Assembly: GCA_965368975.1 (NCBI GenBank)
Contig: CBDUPA010000013.1
Coordinates: forward strand, 64,001-128,000
Source: an uncultured bacterium
GTDB taxonomy: Bacteria; Acidobacteriota; Thermoanaerobaculia; Multivoradales; JAHZIX01
Reading direction: 5' to 3'
DNA: 64,000 nt
Made by a program: the position numbers and the translations under genes. The notes below the pieces were generated by a model, which saw only the letters and a program-made list of their open reading frames with translations, made no database searches and was not told the DNA's origin. The stretch's first letter is position 1. Each line of letters starts with the position of its first letter. This document shows, one piece after another, positions 56,171-64,000 of this stretch.

Positions 56171-58156
56171 GTGAACGCCGCATCAACAACTGTACCAGTT
56201 CCCACCTTGCTGCTGGGCTTTCCAGCACCGCTGCGGCATCAGCTCGTCGACGCACTCGCAGGCCTCGTCGAAGACCTGCAAGCCAGCCCCCAGGCGGCAG
56301 ACGACCGGGCTCCGGCGTTGGTCTGCCTCGGACCGGAGTTGCCGGGGTCGCAGGCAGCGACCTGGCTGGAGCATTCGTTGCCACCGCCGGCGGTGACGTC
56401 GGCGGTTGGCACGTCGGCGGTTGGCACGTCGGCAGTAGGTCAACCGTTGGTTCTCGTACTCGCCGGCGGCGACGATCTCAGCCTTTTTCAGCCCTGGCTC
56501 GACGCCGATCAGCTCTACTACTTGAGCCCAGGGCCGCCACCGCCAGCGCAGCTCACGGCCCTCCTACGGAGCGCGGCGCAGCATTGCCGTGCCGCCACCC
56601 GGATGGCCGCAGGTATGGCACCTTCCGCTGCCCTCTCCGGCCCCCCGGCCACGGGTCTGACGCAGCCGGCAGTACAGCAAGCGCTTCGCCGCCTGGGTTT
56701 GCAGGATGATCCAGGCGATGGAGCCGAATTGCTGTCCGAAGCCGTCCGAGAGAGCGTTCGCGCCGATGGCGGTGTCTGCTGGCTGCACGACACCCGCGAT
56801 CAGAGCTTGTGGACACGCGACAGCAGCAGCGGTGGCGAACGCCGCCACAGCGCCAGTGTCGGCCTGACCAGCTTCGTCCTGCGCAGTGGTCTGGCCCTGT
56901 CTCTGCGACGCTCGAGCGAGGATCAGCGCTTCGACCCGGAAGCCGATGCTGTGGTGCTGCACTCAGGGCCCGCGGCCGTCAGCGAGGAGGACGCGGCAGA
57001 CCGATGGCTCGCCGTGCCGGTCAGGGCGCCGGCGGCAGACGGCGAGATCCACGGGCCCGTGATCGCCGTGCTGGTTGCCCAGCGCCACGGCAATCGTGCT
57101 GCCTTCAACCCTCACGACCAGCGAGTGCTGGAGCAGCTGGCGACGGCCGCGGCTCCCCACGTACTGGCCCTGGTCGAAGGCGATGCCACGCCCGAGCTCG
57201 AGGTCCCCCAGGCGGCCGCCGACCTGTTCCGCCGCGAGGCCCTGCGCGACTCGCTCCTGGGCCACGAGAGTGCTCGCGATCCGCTAATGCTGTCCCCGAC
57301 CTGGACACGCTGGTCCTACCGCCTGCTGGTGGCGGCGCTCGGTGCGGCGTTGCTGTTCTCGCTCGTCTTCGAGGTCGGCGAGTATGCCCGCGGTATCGCC
57401 GTGATCACCCTCGGCGGCCGTACCGACCTGACCGCCGTCGCCGCCGGAACCGCACAAGCCGTCGAAGTCGAACCCGGAGACGCGGTATCGGCCGGCCAGG
57501 TGCTGGTGCGGTTCTATGAGGCCGGCGAGCTGGCCGAGCTGGAGCGTATCGACCGCGAGATCGAGCTGCACCTGATCAACCGCCTACGCTTTCCCGCGGA
57601 TCCAGCCTCGGAGCAAGCTCTGCTGTCCCTGCGAGCGCAGCGTGAGCTGGCCACGGCACGCCTCGAGGAGCGCTCGCTCCGCGCCCCGGTGAGCGGCAGG
57701 ATCAGCGACCTGCGCGTGCGGGCCGGCCAGTACCTGACGCCCGGGCAACTCCTGCTGTCCGTGCTCCACGAAGATAGCGTGCCGAAGGCGGTCATTCTGC
57801 TACCTGGCGAGTACCGACCGCTGGTGCAAGAGGGGATGCGCGTGCGCCTGGAGATCTCCGGATACAACTATGCCTACCAGCTGCTGGACGTTGAGCAGGT
57901 GAGCGAGAACGTCGTCGGTCCGAACGAAGCTCGGCGCTACCTGAGCGAGGGCGTCGCCGACACGGTTCGTGTGCCGGGGCCCGTCGTCCTGCTCGAGGCC
58001 GCTTTGCCCTCGCTGACCTTCCAGGCTGACGGCGACATCTACCAGTACCACAACGGCATGCTCGGAACCGCCGAGGTTCGCGTACGGTCCGAGAAAATCC
58101 TGTTCACCCTCGTGCCCGGACTGAAAGCCGCGCTCACTTTCGCCAACGGGAGCTGA
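56171..58156 (+). CDS. GAF-domain / HlyD-family secretion protein fusion
   Basis: GAF-like segment (GLTSFVLRSG...RFDPEAD...LAVPV...FNPHD), LFRREAL, TM helix, LRAPVSG, GMLGTAEVRV. Confidence 0.82.
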   Translation: MNAASTTVPVPTLLLGFPAPLRHQLVDALAGLVEDLQASPQAADDRAPALVCLGPELPGSQAATWLEHSLPPPAVTSAVGTSAVGTSAVGQPLVLVLAGGDDLSLFQPWLDADQLYYLSPGPPPPAQLTALLRSAAQHCRAATRMAAGMAPSAALSGPPATGLTQPAVQQALRRLGLQDDPGDGAELLSEAVRESVRADGGVCWLHDTRDQSLWTRDSSSGGERRHSASVGLTSFVLRSGLALSLRRSSEDQRFDPEADAVVLHSGPAAVSEEDAADRWLAVPVRAPAADGEIHGPVIAVLVAQRHGNRAAFNPHDQRVLEQLATAAAPHVLALVEGDATPELEVPQAAADLFRREALRDSLLGHESARDPLMLSPTWTRWSYRLLVAALGAALLFSLVFEVGEYARGIAVITLGGRTDLTAVAAGTAQAVEVEPGDAVSAGQVLVRFYEAGELAELERIDREIELHLINRLRFPADPASEQALLSLRAQRELATARLEERSLRAPVSGRISDLRVRAGQYLTPGQLLLSVLHEDSVPKAVILLPGEYRPLVQEGMRVRLEISGYNYAYQLLDVEQVSENVVGPNEARRYLSEGVADTVRVPGPVVLLEAALPSLTFQADGDIYQYHNGMLGTAEVRVRSEKILFTLVPGLKAALTFANGS

Positions 58157-58158
58157 AC

Positions 58159-60468
58159 ATGCGCGACGCCGACAACCACGACAGCGGCAGGAACCCCGAA
58201 CACAGGGGCGGTACCGAGCCCACTGACGCGAGCGACAGCCTGCCGCTGTGGCAACGCTGGCCCGCCTTCCTCGGCGTCGACCTGTTGCGGCGACGCGCCA
58301 AACTGCGCTTCGTACAGCAAACTGCCGCCACGGACTGTGGCGCGGCCTGCCTGGCCATGGTGCTCAGCTACCACGGCAAGAACCTGCGTCTCAATGAGGT
58401 CCGCGAGGTCATGAGCGTCAGCCGCATGGGTGTCGACGCCTTCACCATCTTGGAAACCGGCCGCCACTTCGGTCTGCGTGGCCGTGCCCTCAAAGTGCGT
58501 GAGGTCGCGCACCTGCGCTATCTCGACCCGGGTGCCGTGCTGCACTGGCGGTTCAATCACTTCGTGGTTCTCGAACGCATCGAGAAGCGCGGCGCCTGGG
58601 TCGTCGATCCCGCCGTCGGCCGGCGCCTGATCCCATGGCCCGAACTGGGTCGTGCCTTCACCGGCGTCGCCCTGGTGTTCGAAACTAGCGAGGACTTCGA
58701 ACCTCTGCCGGCGGACCAGAAAGGCGTCTGGCGGTACCTGCGCCAGTTGCTCAGCCAGAGCGGCCTGCTCACCCGTATCTTGGTGACGTCCCTGCTGATC
58801 CAGCTGCTGGCACTGTCGGTGCCGGTGCTCACGGGCCTACTGGTCGACCGCGTGGTGCCACGTGGTGACCACAACCTGCTGCTGGTCCTGGTGGCCGGAG
58901 CCGCCGGCATCGTCGGCTTCAAGCTGCTCGCCGGCCTGGTGCGCTCCTTCCTCCTGCTCTTCCTGCGCACCCGTCTGGACGCCCGCATGACCGTGCAGTT
59001 CCTGGAGCATCTGGTTGCGCTGCCCTACCTGTTTTTCCAGCAGCGTTCCTCGGGCGATCTGATGATGCGCCTGAACAGCAACGCGGTGGTGCGCGAGATC
59101 CTCACTTCTGGCGCCATCTCGGGCATCTTCGACGGCGCCATGGTCTCTCTCTACCTCTTGCTGCTGCTGGCCGCCAACACCAAGATAGGGCTGGTGGTAG
59201 CCTTGCTCGGCCTGCTCCAAGTAGCTGTCTTCCTGGTGACTCGCAAACGCCAAGCCGAGCTGATGACCGAGACCCTGCAGACGCAGGCCGACGCCCGTGG
59301 CTTCGAGGTCCAGTTGCTGTCCGGCATCGAGACCCTGAAGTCGAGCGGCGCGGAGTTCCGCGCCGTCGAGCGCTGGTCGCACCTCTTCGTGCGCGAGCTC
59401 AACGTCTCGCTCGACCGCGGCCGGCTGGATGCCGGTGTCAACTCCGTGCTCGACGCCCTGGCCACCGGCGCACCGCTAGCCGTGCTGCTCTACGGTAGCC
59501 ACCTGGTGCTCGCCGGCGAACTCACCCTCGGCACCATGCTGGCGCTCAGCGCTCTGGCCCAGGGCTTCCTGGGCCCGCTGGCGACCCTGGTTCACACCTC
59601 CTTCCAACTGCAGCTTCTGGGTAGCTACCTGGAACGCCTCAACGACGTGCTGGAGACGCCGCGCGAACAGGAGAGTACCGAGAAGCGCATCGATGTCGGC
59701 GCCCTGCGTGGCCAGGTACGGGTCGACGAGGTGAGCTTCCGCTATGCTCCGATGGCGGCGCCCGCGGTTGCTGGAGTCAGCCTGGACATCCGTCCGGGAC
59801 AGCTGGTCGCCCTGGTCGGTTCTTCAGGCTCCGGCAAGTCGACCCTCGCCGGCCTGCTCGCCGGTCTCTACCGCCCAGACAGCGGCCGTATCCTGTTCGA
59901 CGGCCTGAGCTTGGCCGAGGCCGACTTGCGCCAGCTGCGCGGCCAGCTCGGTTTCGTGCCGCAGCACAGCTTCCTCTTCGGCATGAGCGTGCGCGCCAAC
60001 ATCGCGCTCAACGACCCGTCCCTGCCCCTCTCCCGGATCATCGAAGCGGCGCGCATGGCACAGATCCACGACGACATCTTGACCATGCCCATGGGCTATG
60101 AATCCCTGCTCGCCGATGGTGGCGCCTCGCTCTCCGGCGGCCAGCGCCAGCGGCTGGCGCTGGCCCGCGCCCTGGTACACCGCCCCAAGGTGTTGATTCT
60201 CGACGAGGCCACTAGCGCCCTGGATGCGGTCACCGAGGCGAGGATCCAGCAGAACCTGGCGCGCCTACGCTGCACCCGCATCGTCGTCGCGCATCGCCTG
60301 AGCACCATCCGTGACGCCAACCGCATCGTGGTCCTCGATCGTGGTCACTTGATCGAACACGGCAGCCACGACGAGCTCATGGCAGCACGAGGCAAGTATC
60401 ATGAGCTGGTCACGGCGCAACTACAGAAGAGCCAGGCCGCCACAATCGCCCCAGAATTGACCCCTTGA
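58159..60468 (+). CDS. Peptidase C39-containing ABC transporter (PCAT)
   Basis: QQTAATDCGAACL, LHWRFNHFVV, GSSGSGKS, LSGGQRQ, LDEATSALD. Confidence 0.95.
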   Translation: MRDADNHDSGRNPEHRGGTEPTDASDSLPLWQRWPAFLGVDLLRRRAKLRFVQQTAATDCGAACLAMVLSYHGKNLRLNEVREVMSVSRMGVDAFTILETGRHFGLRGRALKVREVAHLRYLDPGAVLHWRFNHFVVLERIEKRGAWVVDPAVGRRLIPWPELGRAFTGVALVFETSEDFEPLPADQKGVWRYLRQLLSQSGLLTRILVTSLLIQLLALSVPVLTGLLVDRVVPRGDHNLLLVLVAGAAGIVGFKLLAGLVRSFLLLFLRTRLDARMTVQFLEHLVALPYLFFQQRSSGDLMMRLNSNAVVREILTSGAISGIFDGAMVSLYLLLLLAANTKIGLVVALLGLLQVAVFLVTRKRQAELMTETLQTQADARGFEVQLLSGIETLKSSGAEFRAVERWSHLFVRELNVSLDRGRLDAGVNSVLDALATGAPLAVLLYGSHLVLAGELTLGTMLALSALAQGFLGPLATLVHTSFQLQLLGSYLERLNDVLETPREQESTEKRIDVGALRGQVRVDEVSFRYAPMAAPAVAGVSLDIRPGQLVALVGSSGSGKSTLAGLLAGLYRPDSGRILFDGLSLAEADLRQLRGQLGFVPQHSFLFGMSVRANIALNDPSLPLSRIIEAARMAQIHDDILTMPMGYESLLADGGASLSGGQRQRLALARALVHRPKVLILDEATSALDAVTEARIQQNLARLRCTRIVVAHRLSTIRDANRIVVLDRGHLIEHGSHDELMAARGKYHELVTAQLQKSQAATIAPELTP

Positions 60469-62183
60469 TGGCCCCCCACGACCACGAAGCCCGCCGCATC
60501 GCACAAGCTCACGTCCAGGCCGGTCGTACCGACGTCTCGCGCGGCACGGCCGGAGTTCTCCTGGTCGCTTTCCTCCTGCTGCTCGGGCTACCGCCCCTGC
60601 TGCACCACGACCTCCTCGGGTTCCTGGGCTGGACCCTGCCGGCGGCTTCGCACCCCGACAGCGAGCCTTTCGCCGACTTCGCGCTCAATCTGCCCGGCGC
60701 GCTACTCACCGATGGTCTGCTGGTCAAGAACCGGGCCGTGCAACGGGAACTACGACGCTTTGAGGACGAGTTGGACCGGGAGTTCCATCCTGCCCGTGCC
60801 CTGCGCCCTCACGTGCAATCCCTCTTGCTGCACCTGCGCCAAGGCAATCTCGAGGCCCTTGTCGGTGCCGACACCGGCAGCGGTCCCTGGCTCTACTTCC
60901 GTCCGGACGTGAGCTACCTCACCGGTCCCGGCTTCCTGGAGCCCGCGGTCCTGGCAGCTCGACGCCGGAGTACCGAGAGCTGGCAGGCGCCCCCCGAACC
61001 GGACCCGCGGCCGGCACTGCTACAGTTGCATCGGGAGCTGGCTGAGCGGGGTATCGACTTGGTTCTCTTGCCAACCCCCGTCAAGCCGATGCTGCATCCG
61101 GAAGGCTTTGCGGCTGGCGCCGAGTTGGGCGTGAGGGAGCTGCAGAATCCGTCCTGGAAGCACTTCCTGGCCGACCTGGAAGCGGCCGGCGTCGAGGTCC
61201 TGCTCCCCTGGCGGTTCGACCACGAACAGCAGCAGATCCAACACCCGCCGCTCTCGTCTCTGCGTACGGACACTCACTGGACGCCCGGCAGCGTCGAGAC
61301 GACCGCGACCGCCCTGGCGGAGCGCCTGGCTGGCCGCGTCCCGGCACTGCGTACACCACGGTTGGCGCGTGCCGATGTGCAAACCCAAACCGGTCTCGGC
61401 GACCTTGCCCGCATGTTGCAGCTGCCTGCGTCGCAGCAGCAGATCGGCGCAGAAACCATCACGACCCGCCCTATCGTCAGCGTCGACGGCAAGCCCTGGC
61501 AGTCCGCTCCGGATGCAGCAGTGCTCCTGCTCGGCGACAGCTTCACCAACGTCTACAGCCAGGCTGACCTCGGCTGGGGCGCTGGTGCCGGCCTGGCGGA
61601 GCAGCTGAGCTTCGAGCTGCAGGTGCCGGTGCAACGCCTGGCGGTCAATGACGGCAGTGACCTCGCCGTACGCCAGCGCTTGGCCGCGCTGCCTGCGGAG
61701 CGCTTCGAAACGCTCCGGGTCGTCGTCTACCAGTTCGCTGTGCGCGAGCTGACCACCGGCGACTGGCGTCCCGTGCCTCTGCCCGTGGGAGGGGCAGCAG
61801 CAGCGGCAGAGACAAACAAGACGACTTTCACCGGCCTGGAGCCCCTGCGTCTGGAGGCGAGACTCGCGAGTGCACCCGATCTGCCGAGTCCCGCCGAGCT
61901 TCCCTATCGCGACGGCATCGTCGGCCTGGTGCTGCGCGACCTGTCGACGCCGAACGCCGCTCCGAGTTTGCCGGAGGAAATCCTCCTCTACACCTGGTGG
62001 CTGCGCGACGGCAACCTGACCGCCGCCGCCAGCTGGGCTCCCGGACGCAAGCTCGAACTCGACATCGTCCCCTGGGCATCCGTGGCCCCGGACCTGGACA
62101 GCTACCAACGCGTCGAACCGGACGATCCCGAGGCCTTCCTGCTCGACGCCTACTGGACAGACCTGCCAGAATCGTCACCATGA
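60468..62183 (+). CDS. AlgJ/AlgX-like SGNH O-acetyltransferase
   Basis: N-terminal TM, WLYF, PxK, RTDTHWT, LLGDSF; ATG 60468 overlaps the PCAT stop. Confidence 0.85.
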   Translation: MAPHDHEARRIAQAHVQAGRTDVSRGTAGVLLVAFLLLLGLPPLLHHDLLGFLGWTLPAASHPDSEPFADFALNLPGALLTDGLLVKNRAVQRELRRFEDELDREFHPARALRPHVQSLLLHLRQGNLEALVGADTGSGPWLYFRPDVSYLTGPGFLEPAVLAARRRSTESWQAPPEPDPRPALLQLHRELAERGIDLVLLPTPVKPMLHPEGFAAGAELGVRELQNPSWKHFLADLEAAGVEVLLPWRFDHEQQQIQHPPLSSLRTDTHWTPGSVETTATALAERLAGRVPALRTPRLARADVQTQTGLGDLARMLQLPASQQQIGAETITTRPIVSVDGKPWQSAPDAAVLLLGDSFTNVYSQADLGWGAGAGLAEQLSFELQVPVQRLAVNDGSDLAVRQRLAALPAERFETLRVVVYQFAVRELTTGDWRPVPLPVGGAAAAAETNKTTFTGLEPLRLEARLASAPDLPSPAELPYRDGIVGLVLRDLSTPNAAPSLPEEILLYTWWLRDGNLTAAASWAPGRKLELDIVPWASVAPDLDSYQRVEPDDPEAFLLDAYWTDLPESSP

Positions 62184-63247
62184 AGACCTGCTGCCTCAGC
62201 CTTGCCTTGCTCCTTCTCGCCTGTACACCAGCTACGCCAGCGGCACCCGAAGAAGCTGCACCAACTGAGGAGGTGCCAGCTGAAGCCGAGTCAGCTAAAG
62301 CCAAGCGAGCAGGAGAGGAGCAAGCCCGCTTCGTAGAGTACTTGCGCGGCCTGCTCGCGCCGTCGACCGACAGGCGTACGATCCAGGGCCAGAGCGGCTG
62401 GCTCTACTTCCAGCCCGAACTGAGCTCGCTGACCGTCGAAGAGATCCGCGAGCCACTGGCTGCGATCCTCGACTTCCACCGCCAGTTGCAGGAACGCGGC
62501 GTCGAGTTGTTGTTCGCGCCCATCCCGGCCAAGGCCGCCGTCTACCCCGATCACCTGCCCGGTGCGCCCACCTTTGCACAGCCCCTCCCCAGGTTGGATA
62601 CGGTCCACGGTGAGTTCCTGGAGACCCTGCGGGAGCAAGGAGTCCCCGTTGTCGACCTGCTGCCGCTCTTCCTTGAACACCGCGATGACACCGAAGGTGC
62701 GATGCACTGCCGTCAAGACACGCACTTCTCCGGCCGCGCGACGGTCTTGATCGCACATTCTCTCGCCGAGCTGGTGCGGCAACGGGCTTGGTGGCAGGAG
62801 GTCGAGACCGGCCGTTTTGAGCCTGCCGGCCTTGCACGGGAGACCCGTCAGGTGACGATCGAGGGTGACCTCCGGCGCGAGTTGCCACCGCCCCAGCCCG
62901 CCGCCGAAACCTTGTCGCTGACCTTCGTCGGCCGTCGCGAAGGCGACGCCTTGTTGCCAATACCGCCGGACCGAGACAGCCCTATCCTCCTTCTCGGCGA
63001 CAGCCACACCCTGGTGTTCCACACCGGCGGCGATCTGCACGCCAAGGGTGCCGGCTTGGTCGACCAGCTCGCTTTCGAACTCGGCATGCCACTGGACCTG
63101 ATCGGCGTCCGTGGCTCCGGCGCCACGTCGTCGCGCGTCAACCTGCTGCGTCGCGGCGGCGTCGAGGGCAAGAAGCTGGTGATCTGGGTGCTGACGGCGC
63201 GGGAGTTGACGGAAGGGGATTGGAAACAGGTGCCGGTATCGCGCTAA
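62180..63247 (+). CDS. AlgX/AlgJ-like SGNH O-acetyltransferase, lipoprotein
   Basis: LLAC lipobox from ATG 62180; GWLYF, PAKAAVYPD, QDTHFS, LLGDSH. Confidence 0.85.
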   Translation: MKTCCLSLALLLLACTPATPAAPEEAAPTEEVPAEAESAKAKRAGEEQARFVEYLRGLLAPSTDRRTIQGQSGWLYFQPELSSLTVEEIREPLAAILDFHRQLQERGVELLFAPIPAKAAVYPDHLPGAPTFAQPLPRLDTVHGEFLETLREQGVPVVDLLPLFLEHRDDTEGAMHCRQDTHFSGRATVLIAHSLAELVRQRAWWQEVETGRFEPAGLARETRQVTIEGDLRRELPPPQPAAETLSLTFVGRREGDALLPIPPDRDSPILLLGDSHTLVFHTGGDLHAKGAGLVDQLAFELGMPLDLIGVRGSGATSSRVNLLRRGGVEGKKLVIWVLTARELTEGDWKQVPVSR

Positions 63248-63264
63248 GAGTTGCTTGTGATGTC

Positions 63265-63298
63265 TTGATGCCTGCAGAGTAGATGCTATGATGCCTGC
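63265..63298 (+). promoter_or_regulatory. vapBC promoter/operator, probably a leaderless transcript
   Basis: TTGATG-N16-TATGAT ending 6 nt before the ATG; repeated GATG(C/T) motifs; no SD. Confidence 0.55.
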
Positions 63299-63568
63299 AT
63301 GAGAACGACGCTGACCCTTGACGATGATCTGGCCTCAGCCCTCAAGGAAGCTGCCTTCCGCCAGGGAGAATCCTTCAAGGCCATTGTGAACGAAACGCTA
63401 CGCCGGGGTTTAACGGCTCTACAGTCCCCTCCGACGGCGAAACGCTATCGGCTCGAGCCGGCTCATCTTGGCGGAGTACGGCCGGGAATCAACCTCGACA
63501 AGGCTCTGCAAGTGGCCGACGCACTGGAAGATGAAGCCATCGCCAGCAAGCTGGAATTGCGCAAGTGA
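63299..63568 (+). CDS. vapB: VapB-type RHH antitoxin
   Basis: MRTTLTLDDDL...SFKAIVNETLRRGL. Confidence 0.88.
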   Translation: MRTTLTLDDDLASALKEAAFRQGESFKAIVNETLRRGLTALQSPPTAKRYRLEPAHLGGVRPGINLDKALQVADALEDEAIASKLELRK

Positions 63569-63996
63569 TCCTGGTCGACGCCAACCTACTGATCTACGCG
63601 GTAGACGCAGATTCCCCGCACCACGAGCGAGCGCGTATATGGCTGGAAAACACGCTCTCTGGAACGACTCGCGTCGGGCTCGCCTGGATTGTTCTACTGG
63701 CCTTTACCCGTATCACTACGAGATCAAGTGTCCTGAACAGCCCTTTGTCTCTAGAAGCGGCGTTGACTTACGTCGAATCTTGGTTGGAGCAACCGTTCGT
63801 GACGGTCCTCAGTCCAGGTGATCATCACTGGCCAGTTTTTCGCAACCTACTCGTAGCTACAGGCACAGCCGGCAACCTCGTTTCGGACGTTCATCTGGCA
63901 GCCTTGGCGATCGAACACGGTTGCGAAGTTGTTTCGGCAGACAATGACTTCAAGCGGTTTCCGGGGATTCACCATTCGAATCCCCTGCAGAGTTAG
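63565..63996 (+). CDS. vapC: VapC PIN-domain toxin
   Basis: ILVDANLLIYA, DVHLAALAIEHG, SADNDFKRFPG; overlaps the antitoxin stop. Confidence 0.93.
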   Translation: MILVDANLLIYAVDADSPHHERARIWLENTLSGTTRVGLAWIVLLAFTRITTRSSVLNSPLSLEAALTYVESWLEQPFVTVLSPGDHHWPVFRNLLVATGTAGNLVSDVHLAALAIEHGCEVVSADNDFKRFPGIHHSNPLQS

Positions 63997-64000
63997 GCCT

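Overview
High-GC bacterial DNA; gene content suggests an Acidobacteriota- or myxobacteria-like lineage (inference). Four blocks. (1) 1-5.5 kb, housekeeping: fabI, an M1 aminopeptidase, and a mevalonate-type decarboxylase next to an isopentenyl phosphate kinase. (2) 5.6-23.8 kb, one tightly coupled minus-strand operon: five PQQ-type beta-propeller proteins interleaved with a GriC/GriD(EhpF/G)-like arylcarboxylate reductase pair, Fe-ADH, HemN-like radical SAM, flavin halogenase-like enzyme, GT4, thioesterase and an SSS transporter. It looks like an uncharacterised cofactor or small-molecule pathway. (3) 29-60.5 kb, a RiPP hub: an NHLP-type TolC/HlyD/two-ABC exporter, a second peptidase-ABC exporter, and six double-glycine precursor genes of 44-54 aa that are missing from the ORF track. 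They form three classes: Trp-first cores coupled to an unknown enzyme, an N-x-C core beside a radical SAM/SPASM enzyme, and three cores beside grasp-with-SPASM enzymes. The last class shows an exact antiparallel donor/acceptor ladder (E2-K22, T4-D20, E6-K18, T8-D16) with a compensatory change in the paralogue. The grasp cluster separates algI from algJ. (4) uvrB region, algJ/algX-like genes and a vapBC module. Family assignments come from motif recognition only; no searches were run.
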